A stretch of DNA of 64,000 bases from NCBI GenBank assembly GCA_964291215.2, contig OZ219791.1, forward strand, positions 3,392,001-3,456,000. The letters are read 5' to 3'. The notes beneath the pieces were generated by a model. The model saw nothing but the letters and a program-made list of their open reading frames with translations. It was not told where the DNA came from and did no database searches. This document shows positions 31,554-42,084 of this stretch, piece after piece. The stretch comes from Alphaproteobacteria bacterium (lineage in GTDB: Bacteria; Pseudomonadota; Alphaproteobacteria; MPNO01; UBA830). Both the position numbers and the translations under genes were made by a program. Positions within the stretch are counted from its first letter, which is position 1. Each line of letters begins with the position of its first letter.

Positions 31554-34300
31554 CGGTTTCGTTTACGCTGAACGGCCGGCCTGCCGAGGTCGCCGTGGAG
31601 CCGGTCAGCCGGCTGGCCAACGTGTTGCGCGATGTCGTCGGCCTTACCGGCACCAAGGTCGGCTGCGATGCCGGCGACTGCGGCGCCTGCACAGTGCTTG
31701 TCGACGGCGAGCAGGTCTGCGCCTGCATGACGCCGGTGGCCCAGGTCGCCGGGCGCGAGGTCACCACCGTGGAGGGCCTGTGCACCGGGGACGGACGGCT
31801 GTCGGCGCTCCAGCAGGCGTTTCACCACCACGGCGCGGCCCAGTGCGGCATATGCACGCCGGGGATGCTGATGGCGGCTGCAAGCCTGTTCCGGGCCAAT
31901 CCCGAACCGTGCCGCGACGAGATACTCGACGCCATGGGCGGCGTACTGTGCCGCTGCACGGGCTATCAGAAGATCGTCGATGCCGTGCATCATGCCGCGC
32001 ACCCGGATGCGCTGGAGATCGTTGTCCCGGGACCTGGCGAGGCGATGGGAGCATCGGCGCTAAAGACCGATGGCATCCGCAAGGTCGACGGCTCGGAGCT
32101 CTACGGCGCAGATGCCGCACCGCCGGATGCGCTGTGGGTCCGGGTGGTGCGTTCGCCGCATGCCAGCGCGACCTTCACGCTGGGCGATTTCGAGCCGCTC
32201 CATGCCGCCCATCCGGGGCTGGTGCGCGTACTGACGGCGGCCGATGTCCCCGGCGTCAACGGCTTCGGAGTCTATCCCCACATCAAGGACCAGCCGGCTT
32301 TTGCCGTCGATGAGGTGCGTTTCATCGGTGAGGCCGTGGTCGCCCTCGTCGGCGACCACGGGACGGTCTTCGGCGTTCGCGACGAGGAGGTGCCGATTGA
32401 CTACAAGGTCCGGCAACCTGTCTTCGGGATCGACGGTGCGCTTCGCGACGACGCCCACCTGATCCACGAAAACCATTCCGGGAACATCTATGCGCGTGGC
32501 CATGTCCGCAAGCGCGATGCCGCGGCGGCGATGGCGACGGCCGACATCGTCGTCGCAGGCAGCTTCGAGACCGGCTTCGTGGAGCATGCCTATATCGAGC
32601 CCGAGGCAGGTTGGGCGCGCCGCGTCGGCGACCGCCTCGAAATCACGGTCACCACCCAGTCGCCCTACATGGATCGCGACGAGATGGCCAACATTCTCGG
32701 CATTTCGCCGGAGGACGTGCGCATCATCCCCAGCGCCTGCGGCGGCGGGTTCGGCGGCAAGCTCGACCTCAGCGTACAGATTCCGGTCGGCCTCGCCGCC
32801 TGGCTGCTCGACCGCCCGGTGCGCAGCACATGGAATCGTCTCGAATCGATGGCGGCGACGACCAAGCGCCACCCGTCACGGATCACGGGGCGTTACGGCT
32901 GCAGCCGTGACGGCGACCTCGTCGCCTACGAGATGCAGGGCGATTTCGACACCGGCGCCTATGTTTCCTGGGGAATGACCGTCAAGGACCGGGTACCGGT
33001 CCACGCTACTGGCCCCTATCTTGTCCCCAATGTGGAAGCGAGATCGCGCGCGGTGTTTACCAACGGGCCTCCGGCCGGTGCGTTCAGGGGTTTCGGCATT
33101 CCGCAGGCGGCGATAGCCCACGAGACGCTGATGGACATGATGGCCGAGAGGATTGGCATGGATCCGCTGGCCTTTCGTCTGCGCAACGCCATACGCAAGG
33201 GGCAGGAAACCTGCACCGGACAGGTGCTGAAGCACAGCGCGGGCCTCGACCAGTGCCTGGAGGCGTTGCAGGTGCCGTGGCGCAAGGCGCGCCCAGCGGC
33301 CAGCTTCTTCAATGCCGAGAGCAACGGCGTGACGCGGCGCGGCGTCGGCGTCGGCTGCATGTGGTACGGATGTGGCAACACGTCGATGAGCAACCCGTCG
33401 ACCATGCATATCGGGCTTGGGCCCGACGGTTCGGTGACGCTCTATTCGGGCGCCCAGGATATCGGCCAGGGCACCAATACGACAATGGTGCAGGTAGCCG
33501 CCGACGGCCTCGGTATCGCGATGGACAGAGTTCAGCTGGTCTGGGGCGACACCGATCTGACGGCCGATGCGGGCAAGAGTTCCGCGTCGCGTCAGGCCTA
33601 TGTCTCGGGCAAGGCGGCGATGCTGGCCGGCATCGATCTGCGGTCGCAGATCCTGCGACTCGCGAATGTCGGGGAGGGCGCGGCCATCGAGTTCGGCGAC
33701 GGCCGGCTTCTGGTGCGCGACGGCGCGGCCGAGCGCGAGATCGATCTTGCCGCGCTACCCGCCGACAAGCCGCACGGCAACGTCCTGTTTGGCGAGGCGA
33801 CCTTCGATCCGCCGACGACGCCGCTCGACGAAATGGGCCAGGGCAATCCCTATGCTACCTACGGCTTTGGTGCCCAGGTGGCCGAGGTCGAGGTCGACAC
33901 CGAGCTCGGTACCGTCCATGTGCGCCGTATCTGGGCTGCGCACGACATGGGCGCAGCCATCAATCCGGCGCAGGTGGAGGGCCAGATACACGGCGGCGTC
34001 GCCCAGGGTCTGGGTCTTGCGCTCATGGAGGAGTTCATTCCGGGGCGGACCGAGAACCTGCACGATTACCTGATACCCACGTTTGGTGACATGCCGCCGG
34101 TCGAGATCTTCCTGATCGAGGACTCCGAACCGACGGGACCTTATGGCGCCAAGGGCATCGGGGAACCGGCACTCATTCCGACGGCACCGGCGATCTTCGG
34201 CGCCATCTACCATGCCACGGGCGTGCGCATGACAAGAGCGCCGGCCACGCCGGACCGGGTCCGTGCAGCGCTGCTCGCGGCCGGAGGAGACAGACAGTGA
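31550..34300 (+). CDS. Molybdopterin oxidoreductase with fused 2Fe-2S domain (nicotinate dehydrogenase-like)
   Basis: GCDAGDCGAC, QCGICTPG, CRCTGY, GGGFGGK, AFRGFG, GAKGIGE; immediately upstream of hnr. Confidence 0.88.
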   Translation: MTVSFTLNGRPAEVAVEPVSRLANVLRDVVGLTGTKVGCDAGDCGACTVLVDGEQVCACMTPVAQVAGREVTTVEGLCTGDGRLSALQQAFHHHGAAQCGICTPGMLMAAASLFRANPEPCRDEILDAMGGVLCRCTGYQKIVDAVHHAAHPDALEIVVPGPGEAMGASALKTDGIRKVDGSELYGADAAPPDALWVRVVRSPHASATFTLGDFEPLHAAHPGLVRVLTAADVPGVNGFGVYPHIKDQPAFAVDEVRFIGEAVVALVGDHGTVFGVRDEEVPIDYKVRQPVFGIDGALRDDAHLIHENHSGNIYARGHVRKRDAAAAMATADIVVAGSFETGFVEHAYIEPEAGWARRVGDRLEITVTTQSPYMDRDEMANILGISPEDVRIIPSACGGGFGGKLDLSVQIPVGLAAWLLDRPVRSTWNRLESMAATTKRHPSRITGRYGCSRDGDLVAYEMQGDFDTGAYVSWGMTVKDRVPVHATGPYLVPNVEARSRAVFTNGPPAGAFRGFGIPQAAIAHETLMDMMAERIGMDPLAFRLRNAIRKGQETCTGQVLKHSAGLDQCLEALQVPWRKARPAASFFNAESNGVTRRGVGVGCMWYGCGNTSMSNPSTMHIGLGPDGSVTLYSGAQDIGQGTNTTMVQVAADGLGIAMDRVQLVWGDTDLTADAGKSSASRQAYVSGKAAMLAGIDLRSQILRLANVGEGAAIEFGDGRLLVRDGAAEREIDLAALPADKPHGNVLFGEATFDPPTTPLDEMGQGNPYATYGFGAQVAEVEVDTELGTVHVRRIWAAHDMGAAINPAQVEGQIHGGVAQGLGLALMEEFIPGRTENLHDYLIPTFGDMPPVEIFLIEDSEPTGPYGAKGIGEPALIPTAPAIFGAIYHATGVRMTRAPATPDRVRAALLAAGGDRQ

Positions 34301-35799
34301 GTGATGCGACACCTGACGGGGCCGGGACGGCGGCCCCTATCATTACCTGCGACGCCTGTCCGGTGCTCTGCAGGATTCGTGACAACAAGACCGGCGCATG
34401 CAACCGCTACGGCAATGTCGGGGGCACGCTGACGCGGATGGATCCGCTGGTTGTGACCCAGCAGGTGGTTGACGGCGACGGAGATCTGGTGCCGTTTCTG
34501 CCGCCCGACAGTGAATGGGACGGTACGCTCAGCTTCGAGCGGCCGTCTTTCGTCACCGGAATCGGCGCGACGACGACCTATCCGGACTACAAGCCGGCGC
34601 CCTTTATCGTCTCTTCGGAGCACCGCGGCGTCGACATGGTGACGGTGGTTTCAGAGGGAATCTTCAGCTATTGCGGCATCAAGGTGAAGATCGATACCGA
34701 CCGGTATATCGGTCCGGAACCGGCCGCGGTGCGCGTCGACGGCGAGCAGATCGGGCATGTGACGACGGCCGAGTATGGATCCCAGATGCTGGCGCTCGGC
34801 GGCGTTCGCCACCTGACCGGTGGCAGCAAGAAGGAGGGCAACGTGACCTGCGCGGCGATGCTCGCTCTCTGCAACGGCGAGGCTGTGGACATGACCATCG
34901 ACGACGGTGCGGCGCTGACAGTCGAGGCCGGACAGCCGCCGGTCATCGATAGCGTCCGCGAGGAACGCATGCGGGTCGGCTGCGGATCCGCCACCATTGG
35001 CATCTTCGCGCTCCAGTGGCACGGCCATGTCGACGAGGTTATTGTCGTCGATGATCATATCACGGGGGTTCTCACCGAACACCAGTCGGGGAAGTTCCTC
35101 GACATGCCGGCCGCGGGCATCCGCGTCGTCGGTCGCAGGTCCACGCCGGGGCGTTATTTCCAGGTGGCGGAGCCGGGAAGCGGTTGGGGCGGCACTGACG
35201 TCACCGAGCCGTTGTCGATCATCGAACGGATCGACCCGAAAACGGCCTGGCCAGGACTGCGCCTTCTCATGGTCAGCACGACCGGAGAAGATCATGCGTA
35301 CTACCTGCTTGATGACGATCTGAAGCCGGTGCCGGCGGAAATGCCCGAGGACTTGAGGGTTTCCGTCGACCGGATCGGCGAAAACTGCGAACCGGCTCTC
35401 TGCACCGTGCTGTTTATGGGCGGTGCCGGAGGCTCGCTCCGCGCCGGGGTTACCGTGAACCCGGTGCGGCTGACTCGATCGGTGCGGGAGCTGCGTACGC
35501 GTGTGACCTGCGGCGGTGCTCCGGTCTATGTCTGGCCCGGCGGCGGCATCACCGTGATGGTTGATGTCATCCGCACGCCGGCCAATTCCTTTGGCTATGT
35601 GCCGACCCCGGCGCTGGTTGCGCCGATCGAATTTACCATGCCGCGTGAGGAATATGTCGCGCTCGGCGGCTATACGGACCATATCCGGCCGCTGGACGAG
35701 ACGCTCTCCTCGGGAAGTCCCCACGGTGTGCGCCCGATTCCGTGGGCCGGGCAAAACCCGTGGCCGCTGCAGAAACAGCCGATGCCGGACAGCCTCTAG
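34297..35799 (+). CDS. hnr: 6-hydroxynicotinate reductase
   Basis: CDACPVLCRI, TYPDYKPAPFI, EGIFSYCG, MRVGCGSATIG, VWPGGGI, PALVAPIEFT. Confidence 0.85.
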   Translation: MSDATPDGAGTAAPIITCDACPVLCRIRDNKTGACNRYGNVGGTLTRMDPLVVTQQVVDGDGDLVPFLPPDSEWDGTLSFERPSFVTGIGATTTYPDYKPAPFIVSSEHRGVDMVTVVSEGIFSYCGIKVKIDTDRYIGPEPAAVRVDGEQIGHVTTAEYGSQMLALGGVRHLTGGSKKEGNVTCAAMLALCNGEAVDMTIDDGAALTVEAGQPPVIDSVREERMRVGCGSATIGIFALQWHGHVDEVIVVDDHITGVLTEHQSGKFLDMPAAGIRVVGRRSTPGRYFQVAEPGSGWGGTDVTEPLSIIERIDPKTAWPGLRLLMVSTTGEDHAYYLLDDDLKPVPAEMPEDLRVSVDRIGENCEPALCTVLFMGGAGGSLRAGVTVNPVRLTRSVRELRTRVTCGGAPVYVWPGGGITVMVDVIRTPANSFGYVPTPALVAPIEFTMPREEYVALGGYTDHIRPLDETLSSGSPHGVRPIPWAGQNPWPLQKQPMPDSL

Positions 35800-35857
35800 C
35801 GAAGGCGTCGGCGGTTGCCGCGCTCGCAGCCATGCGGTGGTCGATCGGATCCGGGCG

Positions 35858-36733
35858 GTGACAGATCCCCGGGCACAGCTCCTTGGTGACGGGCGCCGGC
35901 TGCATCTCCAGCACGGCCCCATTGATCTGGTGATCGAGGCTTTCGCCGGGCCCGGCGAGGTTCGCCGCGCGTACGGGCAGGCAAGGGACCGGTTTGCAAC
36001 AGTGCTGGAAGAGCTCGTCCGGGAGCTGCCACGGCTTCGCCAGGAGATCCCTGCCTCCGGCTGGACCCCTGCGGGTCGGGTGGCTGCCCGCATGGTGGAC
36101 GCCGTCCGGCTGCACCGGCAGGAGTTCGTCACGCCGATGGCGGCAGTTGCCGGGGCGGTGGCCGACGAGATCATGGAGGCGCTGGTGGCGGGCCGCCGCA
36201 TCTCCAGGGCATATGTCAACAATTCCGGCGATATAGCCTTGCATCTGGAGCCTGGAGAAAGCCTGCGTCTTGGCATCGTTGACAATGTCGAACGCCCCGC
36301 GATCGAGGGCGCGGCCGAAATTCATGCCGATTTCGGCATTGGAGGCGTGGCGACAAGTGGCTGGCGCGGACGCAGCCATTCCTTCGGAATTGCCGATGCG
36401 GTAACCGTCCTTGCGGACACTGCCGCTGCGGCCGATGTCGCGGCTACGCTTGTCGCCAACGCCGTCAATGTCGATCACCCCGCGATCTCGCGGGTACCGG
36501 CCTCATCGCTGGATCCCGATACGGATCTCGGCGAAGGCCTCGTGACCGCGGCCGTCGGCGAACTCGATCCGGCGGCAGTGAGGCGGGCCCTTGAGGCTGG
36601 TCGGAGCCGAGCGGCAGACATGGTGGCGCGGGGCCTTGTTCTCGGGGTTGTGCTGAGACTCGACGGCGAGGTTCGCGTGGCCGGAGCCGCGCCTTTGAAG
36701 CTGCTGTCCGGAGACGGTGCAAACGCGCGGTGA
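35858..36733 (+). CDS. UPF0280 / ApbE-like protein
   Basis: LHLQHGPIDL, TPMAAVAGAVAD, NNSGDIA, ATSGWRGRSHSFGIADAVTV. Confidence 0.85.
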   Translation: MTDPRAQLLGDGRRLHLQHGPIDLVIEAFAGPGEVRRAYGQARDRFATVLEELVRELPRLRQEIPASGWTPAGRVAARMVDAVRLHRQEFVTPMAAVAGAVADEIMEALVAGRRISRAYVNNSGDIALHLEPGESLRLGIVDNVERPAIEGAAEIHADFGIGGVATSGWRGRSHSFGIADAVTVLADTAAAADVAATLVANAVNVDHPAISRVPASSLDPDTDLGEGLVTAAVGELDPAAVRRALEAGRSRAADMVARGLVLGVVLRLDGEVRVAGAAPLKLLSGDGANAR

Positions 36734-36769
36734 AACGCGCCGGGGTGGTTACTCGGGTGGCGCCCCGTT

Positions 36770-37760
36770 GACTTGCGGAGGCTACATCCTCGTCCATGAA
36801 CTGGCGCAGATGGGCCGCCCAGAGTTCGGCGTGGAGGGTGGAGTAGTGACCGAACGTCCGCTCGCTCGCGTGCACCAGAAGCTGCCGGGCACCCGGAATC
36901 ATGGCGATTGCGGATTCGACGACGCCAAGTTCCGGGGGGAGCAGCTCGTCGTCCCCAATGTTGATCGCAAGGAGCCGCGCCCGGATCCTGTCGAGATCGC
37001 CGGACGGGTCGTAGTCCATCGAGGCGTCGATCTGGTAGAGGCGGTCATTGGCGTCTCCCCGGCGCGCCCGTTCGACAAGCGCCTCGTAGTGGCGGTCGGC
37101 GGCTTCGCGCGTCGGCGCGATCTCCTGGAGCCGCACGACGCTCTGCGTCATCAGGGCACTGAACGCTGCCGTGCGGACATAGCGCGACGGGTTGGACACG
37201 TAGTGTCCGCCGTTCCGGATGGCCTCGATCGATATACGGCGCTGGATCCAGTTGCGGCCGCTCATGGGGCCGGGTTGGCTTGCGATGGGGACTGGCATCT
37301 CGGCGAAATCCGGAAATCCAACCCCGGACATCCAGGTTAGCATGCCGCCCATGGATAGGCCGAGGACAAGTGTCAGAAGAGTTACGCCGAGATCCTCCGT
37401 GAGCAGTTGGTGTGGAGGTGACGAGATGGTCGTAGCGACAGTTTGGGAAATCGGAACGCAGGCCGTCGCTGGGCTTGCTCGATCCGCCGAAACCCAGCAT
37501 GTCCGGGATGATCACGAAGTGTCTTGAGACATCGAGCACCTGTTCGGCGCCGAACAGCCGGTCGGCGAGACCGGGTTCGAGCCAGAATCTGGCCGAACCG
37601 GTGGTGTTGTGAAGGAGAAGCACCGCGTAGGCGCTCCTGCCTGAAGCATCCTTCCTCTCGGTTCCCATCGTCAGATAGCGGAGGCGAAGCGGGTCCTGAC
37701 CGTTCGCGAATACGAAATCGCGACACACATGCTCGTACTCACATATGCCCATTCTGTCAT
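36770..37760 (-). pseudogene. Homoserine O-acetyltransferase-like alpha/beta hydrolase, frameshifted
   Basis: VLLLHNTTGS, PDMLGFGGSSKPSDGL, GLSMGG nucleophile motif split across frames; boundaries approximate. Confidence 0.75.
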
Positions 37761-38090
37761 GATCGCGCCTTCTCGTGCCGCCATTCTGCTCGGGATGCGG
37801 CAAGTACAGCACCGTGAATGCATGACGGCAGAAAACCCCGCATTCGCTGTCCGACCTGCCGGGTCGGTCCGGTGGGGTACGAAGTTCGCCGGCGGTTCGC
37901 CCGGATCTCCATGGATGGCGGCAGCTGCCGGCGGTTCGACGACTGATCGCATCAGACGCCTCCGCAGTTCTGTCCTGCGGCACCGTCGAACACCGGGTTC
38001 CGCGGAGGGTCGCGCACGACTCATGGCAAAGACTCTGATATCTTCGCGCGTCCAATCGGAATTTTCCGGGGCGTCAGCAGGGAGCGGAGC

Positions 38091-38720
38091 ATGGATGATG
38101 CCAAAATCGCGGAGGTAACAGCGCAGCCAGGAGACTTTGGCGACCTCGTCAAGGTCCGCAAGTTCGTCTTGTATGTCGAGGAGGTTCTGCATGAGTTTGG
38201 GCCGGTGCCCGAAACACCGCAATTCAAGGGCTACATCGCGGCTGTGGCCCACAACCCCTATGCCGGGCGTTATGTGGAGGACATCCTTCCGCTCATGGAC
38301 CAACTCAAGCCGATGGGAATCGAGATGGCGAAGAAGCTGATGGCTGTCCTCGGTGGCCCAGACAGGATCACTGCCTACGGCAAGGCGGCAGTCGTCGGCG
38401 AGAATGGCGAGCTCGAGCACGCGGCGTTGTGGCATGAACCCGGCGGCTACGGGATGCGGCAGCTCATGGGAAAATCGGCTGCAATCGTTCCCTCGACGAA
38501 GAAGGTTGGCGGACCGGGCTGCGCGATCGACATCCCCATTGCCCATGCCAACGCGGCGTATGTCCGGTCGCATTTCGATACGGTGGTGTGCAGCATCAAC
38601 GATGCGCCGCGCGCCAACGAGGTTGTCTGGATACAGTCGATGTCGACTGGCCCGCGCATATACTCGCGCTCGGGCGGGCTCGAGGAAAAGGATGTCGTCG
38701 GCAAGGACGGGCTGCGCTGA
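38091..38720 (+). CDS. DUF1185 (amino acid synthesis family) protein
   Basis: NPYAGRY, YGKAAVVGENGELEH, YVRSHFD, DAPRANE, DGLR. Confidence 0.85.
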   Translation: MDDAKIAEVTAQPGDFGDLVKVRKFVLYVEEVLHEFGPVPETPQFKGYIAAVAHNPYAGRYVEDILPLMDQLKPMGIEMAKKLMAVLGGPDRITAYGKAAVVGENGELEHAALWHEPGGYGMRQLMGKSAAIVPSTKKVGGPGCAIDIPIAHANAAYVRSHFDTVVCSINDAPRANEVVWIQSMSTGPRIYSRSGGLEEKDVVGKDGLR

Positions 38721-38741
38721 AGCAGTCGGGGTCGCCCGCGC

Positions 38742-41087
38742 TCAGGCGCCGGCCGTTCCGTGTAACGCTCGCCAGACCCGGTCCGGTGTTGCCGGGATGC
38801 CGAGTTCGCGGCCGCCGTTGCCGTCGAGCGCATCCATGATGGCGTTGTAGACCGCGGGGTAGGAGCCGCCGTTTCCGGCTTCGCCGCAGCCCTTGACCCC
38901 CAGGGGATTGGTCTTGCAGGGGACTGCGTGGGTGGAGAAATCTACATGTGGCATATCGTCGGCTCTCGGCATGGCATAATCCATGTAGGTGCCCGACAAC
39001 AGTTGTCCGTCCTCCTGATAGATCGCGGTCTCGCCGAGAACCTGGCCGACACCCTGCATGATTCCGCCATGAACCTGACCCTCGACGATGAGCGGGTTCA
39101 CGACCACACCGAAGTCATCGACCACCGTGTAGCGGTCGATCCTGACCAGGCCCGTGTCAGGATCAATTTCTATCTCGACGACGTGGCAGCCGTTCGGAAA
39201 GCTCGACGGGCTGGTCGTGTGGTTGACTTTCGCTGAGAGCGAATCGGGAAGATCACCCGCCTGCGCCGCAGCTTGCGGCGCCTTTCGGGCAAGCTCCATT
39301 ATGTCGATGCAACGATCGGTTCCCGCTACGGTGAACATGCCGCCGGCAAAGACTATGTCCTCGACCGCAGCTTCAAGTACATGGGCGGCAAGCCTGCGTC
39401 CGCTGTCGATGATGGCCTCGCTGCATTCGACGATTGCACCTCCGGCAGCAATTATCGAGCGTGACCCCCCGGATCCCCCTGCACCGGTGCTCATTTCATC
39501 GGAGTCGTACTGGACCAGGCGGATGCGGTCGAACGGGATGCCGAGGCGCGAGCCGATCACCTGCTTGAAGGGTGTTGCATGGCCCATGCCAAAGTCCTTT
39601 GTACCGGTAACGAGAGACACGGTTCCGTCATCTTCGAAACGGATATCGGCCAGTTCCGAGCCTGGCGGTGCGGTGGTCTCCAGATAGGGTGCTATTCCAA
39701 TTCCGCGGAGCATCCCCTTCGTCTCCGATTCACGCTTGCGCCCCGGGTATCCGGCGTAATCACCGTGCTCGAGCGCCTTATTCATGATGGCCTCGAACTC
39801 TCCCGAGTCGTAGGTCAGGTCTACCGGCGTAGCATACGGCATCTGGTCGGGCGAGACCATATTCCGCCGACGGATCTCGACCCGGTCGACGCCTGTCTCC
39901 TCCGCGGCCTTGTCGATCAGCCGTTCGAGAAAGAACTTGCTTTCCGGCCGTCCGGCACCGCGATAGGGGCCGGTCGGCACGGTATTGGTGAAGATGCACT
40001 TCACGTTGTACGAGATCGTCGGGGTCTGGTAGACGCTGATGATATTGCGGCCCGTTACCATGGTTGGCGGCCATGGGCCCATGGCTGTCAGATAGGCTCC
40101 CATGTCGCCGACGCCGTTTACCCTGAGCGCGAGAAAGTTGGTGTCCGCGTCGAGTGCCAGTTCGAGAGCCAGCGTACTGGCACGGCCGTGGTGGTCCGCG
40201 AGGAAGCTCTCCGAGCGGTCAGCGGTCCACTTGACGGGGCGCCCCAGCTTCCGGGCGGTATAAAGGCAGGCAATCGATTCGGCGTAGGCACTGCCCTTCA
40301 TGCCGAAGGAACCGCCCACCTCCCGGGATATCACGCGTACGTTTGCGGGATCGACCCCGAAGATGTTCGCCATCCCGTTTCGGTATCCGGTTACGCCTTG
40401 GGTGCCGACGGTCAACGTGAAGCGTTTTCCGTCATATTCGGCAAGGACGGAGCGGGGCTCCATGGCATTGACGACGATCCTGGTGTTGGTGAGCTCAAGC
40501 CGCGTGACATGCGCTGCCTCGGCAAAAGCCCTGTCAACCGCCGCCTCGTCACCGATATGAAAGTCGAGACACACGTTGTCGGGTGCGTTGTCCCACACGA
40601 TGGGTGCGCCGTCGCCGGAAGCTGTGACTGGATCGCTGATTGCGGGCAGCGGTGCAATCTTGGGACTGATCAATTCGGCGGCGTTCCTCGCCTGGGCAAG
40701 AGTTTCGGCCACGACGATCGCAAGCGGGTCGCCGACATATTTCACCTGCTTCGCGGCTAGCGCCGGATAGGGCGGCACCACGGCGTCGGAGCCGTCCCGG
40801 CTCTTCACGGCAACAGGGCAGGGAATGTCCTTGATCCCGTCGCGCCGCAGGTCGGTGCCTGTAAAGACGCCGACTACACCGGGCGCGGCCAGGGCGGCCG
40901 AAACGTCGATCGAGACGATGTCTCCGTGCGCAACCGGGGAGCGGAGGATGAAGGCGTAGGCCTGGCCGTCGACGCTGCAGTCGTCGGTAAAGGACCCGCG
41001 TCCGGTAAGGAGGCTGGGATCCTCAGTGCGCAGCACCGGTTGGCCGATGCCGAATTTCATTGCGTGGTGGACGGAGTCGTCGGGCAT
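38742..41087 (-). CDS. Xanthine dehydrogenase-family Mo subunit (CoxL form II-like)
   Basis: GIGQPVLRTED, VGGSFGMKG, PYRGAGRPE, NPLGVKGCGE. Confidence 0.88.
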   Translation of the reverse strand: MPDDSVHHAMKFGIGQPVLRTEDPSLLTGRGSFTDDCSVDGQAYAFILRSPVAHGDIVSIDVSAALAAPGVVGVFTGTDLRRDGIKDIPCPVAVKSRDGSDAVVPPYPALAAKQVKYVGDPLAIVVAETLAQARNAAELISPKIAPLPAISDPVTASGDGAPIVWDNAPDNVCLDFHIGDEAAVDRAFAEAAHVTRLELTNTRIVVNAMEPRSVLAEYDGKRFTLTVGTQGVTGYRNGMANIFGVDPANVRVISREVGGSFGMKGSAYAESIACLYTARKLGRPVKWTADRSESFLADHHGRASTLALELALDADTNFLALRVNGVGDMGAYLTAMGPWPPTMVTGRNIISVYQTPTISYNVKCIFTNTVPTGPYRGAGRPESKFFLERLIDKAAEETGVDRVEIRRRNMVSPDQMPYATPVDLTYDSGEFEAIMNKALEHGDYAGYPGRKRESETKGMLRGIGIAPYLETTAPPGSELADIRFEDDGTVSLVTGTKDFGMGHATPFKQVIGSRLGIPFDRIRLVQYDSDEMSTGAGGSGGSRSIIAAGGAIVECSEAIIDSGRRLAAHVLEAAVEDIVFAGGMFTVAGTDRCIDIMELARKAPQAAAQAGDLPDSLSAKVNHTTSPSSFPNGCHVVEIEIDPDTGLVRIDRYTVVDDFGVVVNPLIVEGQVHGGIMQGVGQVLGETAIYQEDGQLLSGTYMDYAMPRADDMPHVDFSTHAVPCKTNPLGVKGCGEAGNGGSYPAVYNAIMDALDGNGGRELGIPATPDRVWRALHGTAGA

Positions 41088-41423
41088 TCCGGCGCATCTT
41101 TCGGTGGGTTGTGCTGTAGGTAACGCGACCGGAGGGGTGAGCATCCCCCTTCGTCGGGCAGAATTCAGCATAGCCTCCCGGTGCCGTCGTTGCAAGACAT
41201 CGCGGGCGTCCGGTAGGGCCTCTCGGTCACAATGCGAAAGGCTTCAGGCGCATGCCCGCAGTTTCGGCCATTCCGCCTGGCGCCGGCCAGGCGCTTTCAC
41301 CGCGATGGTTCCGGGAGCACTGCCTCCAAGGCTGCCTTTGGCGTGGATTCTTGACAACGGACGCACCGCTCACAACTATGGCGTCATGTACTGGACCCCA
41401 AGGGCAATCCGGCAGGACTCGTC

Positions 41424-42008
41424 ATGAAAGCACAAATACGCAAGACATCGGTAATCGTCGAGGAAACGCGGCAGGATCTGGGCAAGGTGGTCGATCCTCC
41501 GACCCGCAAGGCCGCGGCGCTCGCCGTGATCGCAAACCCGTTCGCTGGCCGTTACGAGGACGACCTCAGCGAGTTGATGGACATCGGCGCGGAACTCGGC
41601 GATATGCTTGGACGGATGTGCGTCGAGGCGCTCGGGATCGAGCCGGGTGAGGCCGAGAGCTACGGCAAGGCGGCCGTCGTCGGCGAAGGCGGCGAATGGG
41701 AGCATGCGGCCGCCATCCTCCATCCGAAGCTGGGAGCGCCGCTTCGCAAGGCGGTGGAGAAGGGGGCCGCGCTGGTGCCTTCGGTGAAGAAGCTCGGAGG
41801 CCCCGGCACCGCGATCGATATTCCGCTCGGGCACAAGGACGCTGCCTATGTGCGCAGCCACTTCGACGGAATCGAGGTACGGATGCCGGATGCGCCGCGC
41901 GCGGGCGAGATTCTGGTCGCCGTCTCGGTCACGGACTCGGGGCGGCCGTTCCCCCGGGTTGGAGGTCTGACCACGAGCGAGGCGACAGGCGAGGACGGGC
42001 TGCGCTGA
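41424..42008 (+). CDS. DUF1185 (amino acid synthesis family) protein
   Basis: NPFAGRY, YGKAAVVG, HKDAAYVRSHFD, DAPRAGE, DGLR. Confidence 0.87.
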   Translation: MKAQIRKTSVIVEETRQDLGKVVDPPTRKAAALAVIANPFAGRYEDDLSELMDIGAELGDMLGRMCVEALGIEPGEAESYGKAAVVGEGGEWEHAAAILHPKLGAPLRKAVEKGAALVPSVKKLGGPGTAIDIPLGHKDAAYVRSHFDGIEVRMPDAPRAGEILVAVSVTDSGRPFPRVGGLTTSEATGEDGLR

Positions 42009-42084
42009 CCCTGGGGGCTGCCCTCCAGAGAGATACGCCTGCGTTCCGAATCCGCATCGTGGGTGCCGGGAGGGCTACGCTGGC

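Noticed and set aside
34651-36285. Long antisense ORFs (also 20174-21439, 28434-29831, 42880-44214, 62791-63978)
   Set aside because: Shadow frames of real genes in high-GC DNA with no family motifs
38742-41087. True aerobic CO dehydrogenase
   Set aside because: Lacks the form I AYXCSFR motif and the cox accessory genes
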